Of a DNA stretch of 64,000 nt, positions 9,387 through 19,266 are shown one piece after another (positions within the stretch are counted from its first letter, which is position 1; the number at the start of each line of letters is the position of its first letter). This stretch comes from an uncultured Gemmatimonadales bacterium. Lineage in GTDB: Bacteria > Gemmatimonadota > Gemmatimonadetes > Gemmatimonadales > Gemmatimonadaceae. The stretch is taken from contig OY969695.1 in the NCBI GenBank assembly GCA_963701965.1, positions 4,352,001 through 4,416,000 of the forward strand. Reading direction: 5' to 3'. The translations under genes and the position numbers were made by a program. The notes beneath the pieces were generated by a model. That model was not told the origin of the DNA. It saw nothing but the letters and a program-made list of their open reading frames with translations, and did no database searches.

Positions 9387-10105
9387 GAAACGTGCGCCTC
9401 GTCCGCGAGCAGGGCGTCGGCCGTGTCAATGTCGCGTTTGTGATCGAGGTCGACGATTTGCGCGACCTCGATCGTCGCCACGCGGGCGTTCTGCTCAATG
9501 AGCGCCGCCAAAAAGTAGCGCATACGCGAGCCACCCTCGCGCCACACGCGGATGGCGGCGCCGCGGGCCCGCGGGCCAAAGACATACACGCCGCCCGTGA
9601 CGCAGGGCGGGGTGACCGCCGCCCCGCCGATCCGCAGCGCGTACTCGTCGGCGCCGCGCTCGACCCACAACGGGCGCTCGTCGTCGACGTAGGGCGTCAC
9701 GACGAGAACGGCATCGGCGCCCTCGCCAATGCGGCGCCCGGCCTTCTCGGAGACCCGCTCCCAGTCCCGGGCCGGCATCACCGTGTCCACCATGCTGCAA
9801 AACACCGGACCAGGCGGGATGTGCGCCATCCCCTCGACCAGCGTGTGCAGCGACGACGGCGTCTGGCACGCGATCACGCGCGGCCGTCCGCGCGAAAGCT
9901 GGACGTCGTACTGCATCGTGTGGATGACATCGGGAAACGTCGCGCGGATCATGCACGTCACGGACTCGCAGCCCAGCGCGTCGAACGTCTCGGCCAGGCG
10001 CACGATCTGCGATCGGCCGGCGACGCGTACAGCTGCCTTGGGCGCGACGACACCGTCCGCGGCCAGACGCGAGCCCTCGCCCCCCGCGAGAATCAAGCCG
10101 TGCAC
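9383..10105 (-). CDS. NTP transferase (nucleotidyl/cytidylyltransferase)
   Basis: GLILAGGEGSRL..PK at the N-terminus, VDLDHKRDI at the C-terminus; GTG start at 10105. Confidence 0.85.
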   Translation of the reverse strand: MHGLILAGGEGSRLAADGVVAPKAAVRVAGRSQIVRLAETFDALGCESVTCMIRATFPDVIHTMQYDVQLSRGRPRVIACQTPSSLHTLVEGMAHIPPGPVFCSMVDTVMPARDWERVSEKAGRRIGEGADAVLVVTPYVDDERPLWVERGADEYALRIGGAAVTPPCVTGGVYVFGPRARGAAIRVWREGGSRMRYFLAALIEQNARVATIEVAQIVDLDHKRDIDTADALLADEAHVS

Positions 10106-10791
10106 ACGACCTCGGGGAGCTCGGTGAGCGCGGAGATCCGCGCCGTCGGCGCGCAGTCGGCGGGCGCCACGCAATCGCGCGCGCTGAGCCAACAGGTGGA
10201 GAGCCCCAGCGACCGCGCGGGGCGAATGTCGGCTTCGACATTGTCGCCCACGATCCACGCTTCGGGCGGCTCGACGTCGAGCGCCGCGAGGGTCGCGTGA
10301 AACACCATCGGATCGGGTTTGGCGATACCGATCACCGCCGAGTCGGTGACCGTGTCGAAGTACGATGCGAGCCCGAGCTCGTCGAGACACAACGACAAGT
10401 TGCCCGTGAAGTTCGAGATCACGCCGAGGACAAACCGGTCGGCGAGCGCGCCCAATACCGCGCGATTGCGCCCGACAGTACGCACGGCATCGCCATGAAA
10501 ACGGTCGGCGACTTCGGCAAAGTCCACGTGCCCGGCGTCGGGGACCGTCGCGCGCAGAATCTCCGCTTGCGTTTCGATCATCGCCCGGAATCCGAGCACG
10601 CGAATCGTCGGTACCTGTTCCAGCGCCCGGTCCGACGCGCGAAAAATGCCGTCGAAGTCATCGAAGCCAAGCGCACCGCCCGCCGCACGATACGCGGCGT
10701 GAAAGCGGGTGCTCCACCGGAGACCGTCGGCGTCGAGAGTGCCGCCGAAGTCGAACAGCACGGCACGGATTCCAGTGGTCGCAGGCACCAC
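10093..10791 (-). CDS. HAD-superfamily hydrolase (start may be GTG 10788)
   Basis: LFDFGGTL motif I (DxG variant), ISNF motif II, KPDP motif III, VGDNVEAD motif IV. Confidence 0.85.
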   Translation of the reverse strand: MVPATTGIRAVLFDFGGTLDADGLRWSTRFHAAYRAAGGALGFDDFDGIFRASDRALEQVPTIRVLGFRAMIETQAEILRATVPDAGHVDFAEVADRFHGDAVRTVGRNRAVLGALADRFVLGVISNFTGNLSLCLDELGLASYFDTVTDSAVIGIAKPDPMVFHATLAALDVEPPEAWIVGDNVEADIRPARSLGLSTCWLSARDCVAPADCAPTARISALTELPEVVCTA

Positions 10792-10905
10792 GGTACTGTA
10801 TCGCTCAGGTAACGACGCGGCAAGCGTAAGAGGGTCGAATACGACGGCTGTGACAAAGGTTACGCGATCATGAATCCCGTGACACGCGAACCTATTCCCG
10901 GCGGG

Positions 10906-12552
10906 CTACGGCGAAGGGCAGGTAAGCCCGGGTTCGCCGAGCGAGGCGACGGCCCGATTGAACGGTGTGCCGGCGGCCATGCCGCGCAAGGATGACAGCG
11001 TGGCGCACGCGTCATCGGGCCGGCCGAGCGCGAGGTTGGCTTCGGCCGATCGATACAGCGCCTCGACACTGTCGGCGCGCGTCGCGAGCCGCGGCAAGAG
11101 CGCCGGAATGGCCGCGAGCGCGCGCTCGGCGCTGACCCGGTCCGCCGAGCGCGGATCCGTCCAACTCTCGAGGCGGTCGAGCACGGAGCGCACGGGTTCG
11201 ACGACGGGAGCCGGCGCCACCGCCGGCAATGACGTCTCCGCGCGCGGCATCGCGCGCAGCGGCGTGCCGTGGAACGCCACCTTCGGCGCCGGCGTTGGCT
11301 GAGCGGTGGCGGGCGGCGCGGGAGCGGGCAGCGGCTCGGCCACCGAGCCCGGAGCCGCGGCCACCGTCGTGGTGGTCGGCCTAGCCGCCGCCGCCGCCGG
11401 TATCTCCCGCTGTGCGATGACAACCACGGCAAGCCCCACCGCGGCCGCGGCAAACCCGGCGGCGCCGAACACCAGTCGCCGCGTCGCCGGCGCCAGCCGC
11501 GGCCGGCGCCGCTGCGCGCGCGGCAACGTGACGGGCACATCGACCGGAACGACGGTCGTGGCGACCGGGGGGGTCGTCCAGGCCGCAATGACGGCGTCCA
11601 AGTCGCGGGCGAACGCTCCGGCACTCTGGTAGCGGTCGGCCGGCCGGCGCGCCAGGACGTGGGCAAACACCTCTTCCAGCTCCACCGGCCAGGCGACCGC
11701 CGGAGCGACCGTGTCGAGCGTCAATGGCGGTTCACTCAGCCGGAGCCGCATGACGTCGAGCGCCGACTCGCCATCCACCGGAAGCCGGCTCGTGAGCAAC
11801 ACGAACGCCAGCAGCCCCGCGGCGTACACGTCGCAACGCCAGTCGACGGTGGCCGGCACCAGCTGCTCCGGCGCCATGTAGTGCGGCGTGCCAACGAAGC
11901 AGCCGGTGTCAGTCACTTGTTGCGTGAGGTCGCCGAAGACCTTGGAAAGCCCGAAATCGACGATCTTGACGTCGTCCAGCCCCTCATCGACCGTCGACGG
12001 CCGCACGATCACATTTTCCGGCTTGAGGTCGCAATGCACGATCCCCAGCGCGTGCGCGGCGTCCAATGCCGACGCGATCTGCAGGATGATGCTCGCCACC
12101 CGGCGCGCCCCGAGCGGGCCCTCCCGCACCAGGAGCCGCGCGAGCGGCTCCCCCCGGACATACTCCATGGCCAGATAGACGAGACCGCCCTCCGCCTCGC
12201 CGAAATCGTAGATCTGGGTGACGTGCGGATGATTGATGCGGCTGGCGTTCGTCGCCTCGCGCACGAAGCGCCCCACCGCCTCGGGATCGGTGCGCAGATC
12301 GGCCTTCAGCAACTTGATCGCGCACGGCCGGCCAATGCGCAGGTGCTCGGCCAGATACACCTCGCCCACGCCCCCCGATCCGAGCTTGCGGCCCAGACGG
12401 TAGCGATCGGCGATTACCAGTCCCGCGAGCGCGTCGGCGGCCAGGTCGGGCAGCGAGGCGCCGTCGTGGGCGCAGAATCGCGTACCTTCCTCGTACTTCG
12501 CGCCACAGGCCGGACAGGCGACGGGCAAGACGATCTCGGGCATCGGGCTCAC
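10906..12552 (-). CDS. Membrane Ser/Thr protein kinase with N-terminal zinc ribbon (start uncertain, 12543-12588)
   Basis: CPACG..FCAHDG; GSGGVGEVY, AIK, HCDLKPEN, DFG, GTPHYMAPE, DVYAAG; TM helix, Pro-rich linker, helical C-terminus. Confidence 0.9.
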   Translation of the reverse strand: MSPMPEIVLPVACPACGAKYEEGTRFCAHDGASLPDLAADALAGLVIADRYRLGRKLGSGGVGEVYLAEHLRIGRPCAIKLLKADLRTDPEAVGRFVREATNASRINHPHVTQIYDFGEAEGGLVYLAMEYVRGEPLARLLVREGPLGARRVASIILQIASALDAAHALGIVHCDLKPENVIVRPSTVDEGLDDVKIVDFGLSKVFGDLTQQVTDTGCFVGTPHYMAPEQLVPATVDWRCDVYAAGLLAFVLLTSRLPVDGESALDVMRLRLSEPPLTLDTVAPAVAWPVELEEVFAHVLARRPADRYQSAGAFARDLDAVIAAWTTPPVATTVVPVDVPVTLPRAQRRRPRLAPATRRLVFGAAGFAAAAVGLAVVVIAQREIPAAAAARPTTTTVAAAPGSVAEPLPAPAPPATAQPTPAPKVAFHGTPLRAMPRAETSLPAVAPAPVVEPVRSVLDRLESWTDPRSADRVSAERALAAIPALLPRLATRADSVEALYRSAEANLALGRPDDACATLSSLRGMAAGTPFNRAVASLGEPGLTCPSP

Positions 12553-12599
12553 CACCCCCAGGTTACCACGCGTCCTCATTCTTTGCACTGCTCATATTC

Positions 12600-13046
12600 A
12601 TGACAGCCCTCTTCCTGCTGTTCTTCGCCGCCGCCGCCGGTGGCGCCCTGGCCGTACAGGTGGCCATGAACACCGAGTTGGGAACCTGGTTGGGTGCTCC
12701 CGCGGCCGCCACACTCGTTTCGTTCGTGGTTGGCGCGCTCGGCTTGATGCTGTATATGGTGGTCGCGCGCGATCAGTGGCCGACCGTTCGAGCGCTCGCC
12801 GGGGTCCCATGGTGGGCGCTGTGCGGTGGCTTCCTGGGCGCGGCCTACGTAATGTCGACGGTCATCCTCACCCCGCGACTTGGCCCCGCCCTCATGCTGA
12901 GCGCCGTGGTCGCCGGCCAAATGATTGTCGCGCTCCTGCTGGAGCATTTCGGCGCCTTGAACATCCCGCGCCAGCCGGTCACACCGGCGCGGGTCGCGGG
13001 TGTAGTGCTGATTGTGGTCGGGGTGCTCGTGCTGCGGCGGCGGTAG
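12600..13046 (+). CDS. DMT family transporter (YdcZ/DUF606-like)
   Basis: 148 aa, about 5 TM; QVAMNTELG, PWWALCGGFLGA, GQMIVALLLEHFG. Confidence 0.8.
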   Translation: MTALFLLFFAAAAGGALAVQVAMNTELGTWLGAPAAATLVSFVVGALGLMLYMVVARDQWPTVRALAGVPWWALCGGFLGAAYVMSTVILTPRLGPALMLSAVVAGQMIVALLLEHFGALNIPRQPVTPARVAGVVLIVVGVLVLRRR

Positions 13047-14208
13047 GGCGCGGCGACATCGTGATCACCGCCGGACCCCGCCGGAGGGTGATGAGCGCGA
13101 CTTCCGGCGTGGCGCCAATGCGGAACGGCAACCCCCAGTAGCCGGTCCCGGGGTGTATGTAGAGGAGCGATCCGCCCGACTGGTGCGCGCCCATCGCCAG
13201 CGACTGGAACGGACTGGCGAGGCTCCAACCCAATGCCGGGATCGCGAACTGGCCCCAATGCGTGTGACCACTGAGCGTCAGCGCCACGCCTTTGGTCGCC
13301 AAGGCGCCCCACAGTACGGGATTGTGCGCCAGCGCGATCACGACGGTCCCCTCGGGGACCGCGGCCAGCGCCCGTTCAATGTCCGGCGCGGCATCGCCGG
13401 TCCGGCGGCCCGCCGGATCGCCCGTGCCCACAATGGCGATCCGCGCGCCATCGTGCGTCAGGACGTGCGCCTCATTCACCAGCACCGTCGCGGCGACGCG
13501 CGCGCGCAGGGAGCGCGCGACCTCCGCCCATCCGGCGTAGATGTCGTGATTGCCGGGAATCAGATACACGCCCAACGGCGCGGTCAGCGCATCGGTGAGC
13601 ACGGCAAAATACGGAACATCCTCGGCGCGGTCGTCCACCAGGTCGCCCGTGATGGCGACGAGATCCGGCGTCAAATCCATCGCGGTGCGCGCCACCCGGC
13701 TCAAGTATCGGCGCGACGTCTGCGGGCCCACGTGCAGATCGGAGAGCTGCGCAATGCGCAGCCCGGCGAGTGCCGCGGGCAGATCGGGGAGACTGACCGT
13801 GATGTCGCGCACGACGAGCCGCCGGCTGCCGACATAGCCGGTCACCAGCAACACGATCATAACGGCCAGCACTGTCAGCGCACTAATGCGCCCGCCCACG
13901 AGAGGCGCGCCGGCCAACGCACCGACGAGCAATCCGATGATGCCACCGCCCGCGACCAGGGGCAGCAGCAGTTGCGCGTAGAGCACGGGGCGCACGACGA
14001 AGAGGCGGAACGCGGCGCTCGGGTACCGGCGCCAGCCGCGACCCCGAAGAAACGCGATGAGCGGCGCGGTAGTTGCTGCGCCCACCGCCAATACGAGCCA
14101 GATGCCACCCGGTATTACGTCCTTGGCCAACAGTGCGATCGTCGACCAGCAGAGAACGTAGTACGCGGCGGCCCGCAACGTGCGATTTCGGTAGATTGTA
14201 CGCTCCAG
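12979..14208 (-). CDS. Membrane-anchored metallophosphoesterase (YkuE-like); start uncertain
   Basis: SDLHVG, GDLVD, GNHD, AHNP, SGHTHWGQ after N-terminal TM segments. Confidence 0.85.
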   Translation of the reverse strand: MERTIYRNRTLRAAAYYVLCWSTIALLAKDVIPGGIWLVLAVGAATTAPLIAFLRGRGWRRYPSAAFRLFVVRPVLYAQLLLPLVAGGGIIGLLVGALAGAPLVGGRISALTVLAVMIVLLVTGYVGSRRLVVRDITVSLPDLPAALAGLRIAQLSDLHVGPQTSRRYLSRVARTAMDLTPDLVAITGDLVDDRAEDVPYFAVLTDALTAPLGVYLIPGNHDIYAGWAEVARSLRARVAATVLVNEAHVLTHDGARIAIVGTGDPAGRRTGDAAPDIERALAAVPEGTVVIALAHNPVLWGALATKGVALTLSGHTHWGQFAIPALGWSLASPFQSLAMGAHQSGGSLLYIHPGTGYWGLPFRIGATPEVALITLRRGPAVITMSPRPTAAAARAPRPQSALHPRPAPV

Positions 14209-14270
14209 GTGTATCGACCCCCAGCAATCGCCCAGCGACGAACTGGGTTCCCTTATTGCCGAGGACGACA

Positions 14271-15251
14271 ATGTCGACACTGGTCATGGAAACGCGCCGC
14301 CTCGGCGATTCCGATCTCCTGATCACGCCGCTCGGGATGGGGGCGTGGGCGATCGGCGGTGGCGGATGGCAATTTGCGTGGGGGCCACAGGATGACGACG
14401 CGTCGATCCACGCCATCAATCGCGCGCTCGACGCGGGCGTGAACTGGATCGACACGGCCGCGGTCTATGGGCTCGGGCATTCCGAGGATGTCGTGGCGCG
14501 AGCATTGACGGGTCGCGCCGAGCGTCCTTACGTGTTCACCAAGTGCGGGCTGGTCTGGGACGACAAAGGCAACACCATGCGCGTCATCAAGCCCGACTCG
14601 ATCCGGCGCGAACTGGAAGCCAGCCTGCGCCGGCTCCAGACCGACACGATTGATCTCTACCAGATTCATTGGCCCCCGGAGAGCGCCGCGCGCAACGCCG
14701 AGATCGACGACGCCATCGCGGCAATGGTGGACGCCAGGGATCAGGGGAAGATCCGCTACATTGGCGTGTCGAACTTCAATGTCGAGCAACTGGAGCGCGG
14801 CCGGCACGCCGGTGCCGTGGCGTCGCTGCAACCGCCCTACTCGCCGATCAACCGGAAGGTCGAGCAGGCGATCCTCCCGTATTGTCTCGACCACCACATC
14901 GGCGTCATCGTCTACTCGCCAATGGCCTCCGGGCTCCTGTCGGGTGCGATGACGCGCGAGCGCATCGAGCGCATGCCGCCGGACGACTGGCGGCGCCGCA
15001 GCAGCGCCTACCGCGAGCCTGATCTGACCCGGAACCTGGCGGTCGCGGATGTCCTGCGGCAGATCGGCGCGCGGTACGAGGCCAGCGCGGGCGAGGTGGC
15101 CATTGCCTGGACGCTCCGTCATCCGGCGGTGACCGGCGCCATCGTCGGCGCCCGAAGTCCCGGGCAAGTCGACGGGTGGATCGGCGCCGCTGCCTTGCGG
15201 CTTACGGATGCGGAAGTCGCCGAGATCAACCAACAGACGGCCGTCAATTGA
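14271..15251 (+). CDS. Aldo/keto reductase
   Basis: GMGAWAIGG, IDTAAVYG, FTKCG, IDLYQIHWP, IGVSNF, YSPMASG; GAGGA RBS upstream. Confidence 0.9.
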   Translation: MSTLVMETRRLGDSDLLITPLGMGAWAIGGGGWQFAWGPQDDDASIHAINRALDAGVNWIDTAAVYGLGHSEDVVARALTGRAERPYVFTKCGLVWDDKGNTMRVIKPDSIRRELEASLRRLQTDTIDLYQIHWPPESAARNAEIDDAIAAMVDARDQGKIRYIGVSNFNVEQLERGRHAGAVASLQPPYSPINRKVEQAILPYCLDHHIGVIVYSPMASGLLSGAMTRERIERMPPDDWRRRSSAYREPDLTRNLAVADVLRQIGARYEASAGEVAIAWTLRHPAVTGAIVGARSPGQVDGWIGAAALRLTDAEVAEINQQTAVN

Positions 15252-15703
15252 GCACCGCCCTTCTCGTCCTGGCGCTGCTGAGCGGCGGACCACCGCAGCA
15301 CCCGGATCCGGCGCTCTCGCCCAGCGAGGTCGTCGGCATCGTGCTCCGCGCGTTGCAGCACAACGACGACCCGCACCCCAATGCGGGCATCGAGACGACC
15401 TTCGCGTTCACCTCGCCCGCCAACCGCGAGGAGACCGGTCCGCTGGAACGGTTCGCCCTGCTCGTGAAGAACCCCGCCTACCGGACGATGTTGGACTTTC
15501 GCAGCGTCCATCGAGACGCGATCAATGTCGTCGGCATGCGCGCCCGCCAGCGCGTCGTGATCATCGGGCGGAGCGGAGAACGGGCCACGTATATGTTTCT
15601 GCTCTCCAAGCAGCGGGACGAGCCCTATCTCAACTGCTGGATGACGGACGGCGTCATTCGTCAAGAGGATCCCGAACCACCGCCGGGGACGACGGCCACG
15701 TGA
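15248..15703 (+). CDS. Secreted DUF4864-like protein
   Basis: TTG overlapping the upstream stop, signal-like N-terminus, AFTSPANREETGPLERF, WMTDGV. Confidence 0.55.
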   Translation: MSTALLVLALLSGGPPQHPDPALSPSEVVGIVLRALQHNDDPHPNAGIETTFAFTSPANREETGPLERFALLVKNPAYRTMLDFRSVHRDAINVVGMRARQRVVIIGRSGERATYMFLLSKQRDEPYLNCWMTDGVIRQEDPEPPPGTTAT

Positions 15704-15761
15704 GTTTCTCACTGTGGGAGCGTTACACGTCCGCGACGCCCACCGGCTACACTAGGCACGA

Positions 15762-17135
15762 ATGATCGTCGCTCCGCAGATCTATCGTGAGTACGATATT
15801 CGCGGGCTGGTCGGCTCGGAGGTCGATGCCGACACGGCCCGCGATATCGGGCGGGCGTTTGCCGTCTATCTCAATGACGCGCGCGCGCGCGGTCCCATCG
15901 TCGTGGGCCGCGACAACCGCCCGAGCGGCACGGCCCTCCGCGATGCCTTCGTCGCCGCCGCCACCGCATCGGGTGTCTCCGTCATCGACATCGGCGTCGT
16001 TACCACGCCCGAGCTCTACTGGGCGTTGGAGCACCTCGACGTGGCCGGCGGCGTGCAGATTACCGCGTCCCACAACCCGGCCCCCTACAATGGGTTCAAG
16101 CTCTGCGTGGGGACGCACGCGCTCTACGGCGACGAGATCCAGGCGCTGAAAGCGATCATCGATCAAGGGCGCACGCGCACGGGAGACGGATCGGTCCGCG
16201 AGGAGTCGATCGACGAGCGCTATCTCGACGACTTGGTGGCGCGCATCGGACCACTCGCGCGTCCGCTCTCCGTCGTCCTCGACTGCGCAAACGGCATCGG
16301 CTCGGCGCTGGGTCCACGCTTGCTGCAGCGACTGGGCGTACGGGTCGTGGACTGCCTGCTCTGCACCAGTGACGGTCGCTTCCCCCACCGGCAACCCGAT
16401 CCCAGCCAGGCCAAGAACCTGGCCGAGTTACAGGCCGCGGTGTGCGCGGGCCGCGTCAATGTCGGGATCGCGCTCAATGGGGATGCCGACCGCATTGGCG
16501 TCGTCGACGAGCATGGCGAGATCGTGTGGGGCGATCGCGTGCTGGCGATCTACGCCCGCAATGTGCTGGCGCGCCCCGGCAACGCGGGCAAGCCCGTGAT
16601 CTTCGACGTGAAATGCTCCGACGCGCTCGCCGAAGCCATCCGGTCGGCCGGTGGTCGACCGGTCATGTGGCAGACGGGGCACTCCTTGATCGAGGCCAAG
16701 ATGCGGGAGCTGTCCGCGCCGCTCGCCGGTGAGCTGTCCGGCCATATGTACATCGCCGACGGTTACTATGGCTTCAATGACGCGATGTACGCCGCCGGTC
16801 GACTCCTGTCGATCATTGCCGCGTCGGGGAAGACCGTGACCCAGCTGCTCGAGGGGGTTCCCGTCTACCCGTCGACTCCGGAGATCCGGATCGACTGCCC
16901 GGACAATGTGAAATTCGATATCGTCCAGCGGGCCATCGCGCACTGGAAGGCCGATCACACCGTCATCGACGTGGACGGGGCGCGCGTGCAGTTCAACGGC
17001 GGCTGGGGACTCATTCGCGCCTCCAACACCCAGCCCGCGCTCGTGCTGCGATTCGAAGCGCGCACCACGGACGAGTTAACCGCGATCCAGAGCGAGATGT
17101 CGGAGTGGTTGCGCGCCCAGGGAGTGACGCTCTGA
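15762..17135 (+). CDS. Phosphomannomutase/phosphoglucomutase
   Basis: REYDIRG, ITASHNP..YNGFK, NGDADR, GELSGH, RASNTQP..RFE. Confidence 0.9.
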   Translation: MIVAPQIYREYDIRGLVGSEVDADTARDIGRAFAVYLNDARARGPIVVGRDNRPSGTALRDAFVAAATASGVSVIDIGVVTTPELYWALEHLDVAGGVQITASHNPAPYNGFKLCVGTHALYGDEIQALKAIIDQGRTRTGDGSVREESIDERYLDDLVARIGPLARPLSVVLDCANGIGSALGPRLLQRLGVRVVDCLLCTSDGRFPHRQPDPSQAKNLAELQAAVCAGRVNVGIALNGDADRIGVVDEHGEIVWGDRVLAIYARNVLARPGNAGKPVIFDVKCSDALAEAIRSAGGRPVMWQTGHSLIEAKMRELSAPLAGELSGHMYIADGYYGFNDAMYAAGRLLSIIAASGKTVTQLLEGVPVYPSTPEIRIDCPDNVKFDIVQRAIAHWKADHTVIDVDGARVQFNGGWGLIRASNTQPALVLRFEARTTDELTAIQSEMSEWLRAQGVTL

Positions 17136-17596
17136 TGCAACTGGCTGTGGCATCCGACCACGCGGGCTTCTCGCTCAAGCAGGACGTGGCCGCGGCCTTG
17201 CGCGCCGCCGGCCACGACGTGGAAGACCTGGGCACGTACGACGAAACGCCGGTCGACTATCCGGATTTCGCGGAAAAGATCGGACGCGCCGTCGTCGAGG
17301 GGCGCGTTGCGCGCGGCGTGTTGATCTGCGGCAGTGGGGTTGGAGCGGTCGTGGCCGTCAACAAGATTCCCGGCGTTCGCGCCGGATTGTGCCACGACAC
17401 GTACTCTGCCCACCAGGGCGTGGAGCACGATGACATGAATATCCTCGTGCTCGGGGGACGGGTCATCGGCTCCGAAGTGGCGAAGGAGCTGGCCCGCACG
17501 TTCGTCGGCGCGAGCTTCTCGCACGAGGAACGGCATGAGCGGCGGCTGGCGAAGGTCCAGGCGATCGAGGCGCACTATCTTCGGGAGACGACATGA
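17135..17596 (+). CDS. rpiB: Ribose-5-phosphate isomerase B
   Basis: SDHAG, DYPDFA, CGSGVG, NK..GVRAG, RHERRLAK. Confidence 0.95.
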   Translation: MQLAVASDHAGFSLKQDVAAALRAAGHDVEDLGTYDETPVDYPDFAEKIGRAVVEGRVARGVLICGSGVGAVVAVNKIPGVRAGLCHDTYSAHQGVEHDDMNILVLGGRVIGSEVAKELARTFVGASFSHEERHERRLAKVQAIEAHYLRETT

Positions 17597-19266
17597 CGGC
17601 GCTGAAGGCGGAGTTGGGCAGGTACGCGGATGCGGTGGCCAAGACAGTAGCGCGGGCGCGCAGCGAGCGCGTGCTGGAGCGCATCAACAGCGGCGACTAC
17701 ACCCTGTGGAAACCGCAGCCCGCGGAAATCACGAATCGCCTCGGGTGGCTCACCATCGCCGATCGGATGCGGGACGCGCTACCGGCCATTCGCCATCTCG
17801 TCGATGCGGTGCGGACGGACGGCTATACGAACGCCCTCTTGCTCGGCATGGGCGGCTCGAGCCTCGCGCCCGATGTGTTTCGCCGGACGTTCGGCGTCGC
17901 GCCGGGCTATCTCGATCTGGCGGTCCTTGATAGCACCGATCCCGCCGCCGTGGCCACCGCGGTCAACGATCGCGACCCGGCCAAGACCCTGTACATCGTC
18001 TCCACGAAATCCGGTGGCACCGTCGAAACGTTCTCGTTTTTCCGGTACTGCTATCGGCGGGCCGTCGCCGCGCTGGGCGCCGAGCGGGCCGGGGCCCATT
18101 TCATTGCCATCACGGATCCCGGCAGCGCGCTCGCCGATACGGCGGCCAAATACCAGTTCCGCGCGACGTTCCTCAGTGATCCGGAGATCGGCGGGCGGTA
18201 TTCGGCGCTGTCGCCTTTTGGTCTGGTGCCCGCGGCGCTCGTCGGGGTCGATATCGATCGTTTGCTCGACCGCGCGGTCAAGGCCGAGGGCGATCAGGAG
18301 ACGGCGCTGGAGCTCGGCGCCACTATGGGCGAGCTGGCGATCGCCGGCCGTGACAAGGTGACGTTCGTGTGCTCGCCGACGATTGCGCCGTGGGGCGCAT
18401 GGGTCGAGCAACTGATCGCTGAGAGCACGGGCAAGGAAGACAAAGGCATCCTGCCGGTGGCCGACGAGCCCTTGGGGGCGCCGGCGGTGTACGGGGAGGA
18501 CCGCCTCTTCGTGTCGCTGCGCTTGCCGTCGGATGCGAGCCACGATGCGGCGCTGGCGGCTCTCGGCGCCGCCGGCCATCCAGTGGTCCGGATCGAGCTC
18601 CACGACCCGTACGACCTGGGCGGTGAGTTTTTCAGTTGGGAGCTGGCGACGGCGGTCGCGGGATGGCGACTCGGCATCAATCCGTTCGATCAGCCCAACG
18701 TCGAAACCGCGAAGGTGCTGGCGCGACAGATGGTGGCCGCCTACGAGAAGAGCGGGGCACTGCCGCCGCTGGCGCCGACCGCGACAGCGGACAACGTGTC
18801 GGTCTACGCCCCGTCGGCTGGACCCGACGTGCGGTCGGTCGTCACGGCCTTCATGGGGCTTGTGCGTCCGGGCGACTACATCGCGCTGCAAGCGTGGATC
18901 GCGCCGTCGCAACTGGCGACCGACGCGCTGCAACAGATCCGCGTGGGCCTGCGCGACCGGTTGCGCGTGGCCACGACCCTCGGATACGGGCCGAGATTCT
19001 TGCACTCGACCGGGCAGCTGCACAAAGGCGACGGCGGGCAGGGCGTCTTCATCCAAGTCGTGACGCCGGCGCCGCCAGCCGCCGCCGACGTCAAGATTCC
19101 CGACACGGCGGACGCCAATGCCTCGACGATGACGTTCGGCGTTCTCAAGCAGGCCCAGGCGCTCGGCGATCGCCAGGCGCTACTGGATCGCGGGCGCCGG
19201 GTGCTCCGCATCGACGTGCCATACGGACGCGCCGGGCTCGACAAACTCGCCGCGCTGCTCTCGTGA
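17593..19266 (+). CDS. pgi: Glucose-6-phosphate isomerase (type found in Tal-Pgi fusions, here stand-alone)
   Basis: RLGWL, GMGGSSL, STKSGGT.ET, IGGRYSALS, AESTGK, NPFDQPNVE, GPRFLHSTGQLHKG. Confidence 0.9.
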   Translation: MTALKAELGRYADAVAKTVARARSERVLERINSGDYTLWKPQPAEITNRLGWLTIADRMRDALPAIRHLVDAVRTDGYTNALLLGMGGSSLAPDVFRRTFGVAPGYLDLAVLDSTDPAAVATAVNDRDPAKTLYIVSTKSGGTVETFSFFRYCYRRAVAALGAERAGAHFIAITDPGSALADTAAKYQFRATFLSDPEIGGRYSALSPFGLVPAALVGVDIDRLLDRAVKAEGDQETALELGATMGELAIAGRDKVTFVCSPTIAPWGAWVEQLIAESTGKEDKGILPVADEPLGAPAVYGEDRLFVSLRLPSDASHDAALAALGAAGHPVVRIELHDPYDLGGEFFSWELATAVAGWRLGINPFDQPNVETAKVLARQMVAAYEKSGALPPLAPTATADNVSVYAPSAGPDVRSVVTAFMGLVRPGDYIALQAWIAPSQLATDALQQIRVGLRDRLRVATTLGYGPRFLHSTGQLHKGDGGQGVFIQVVTPAPPAAADVKIPDTADANASTMTFGVLKQAQALGDRQALLDRGRRVLRIDVPYGRAGLDKLAALLS

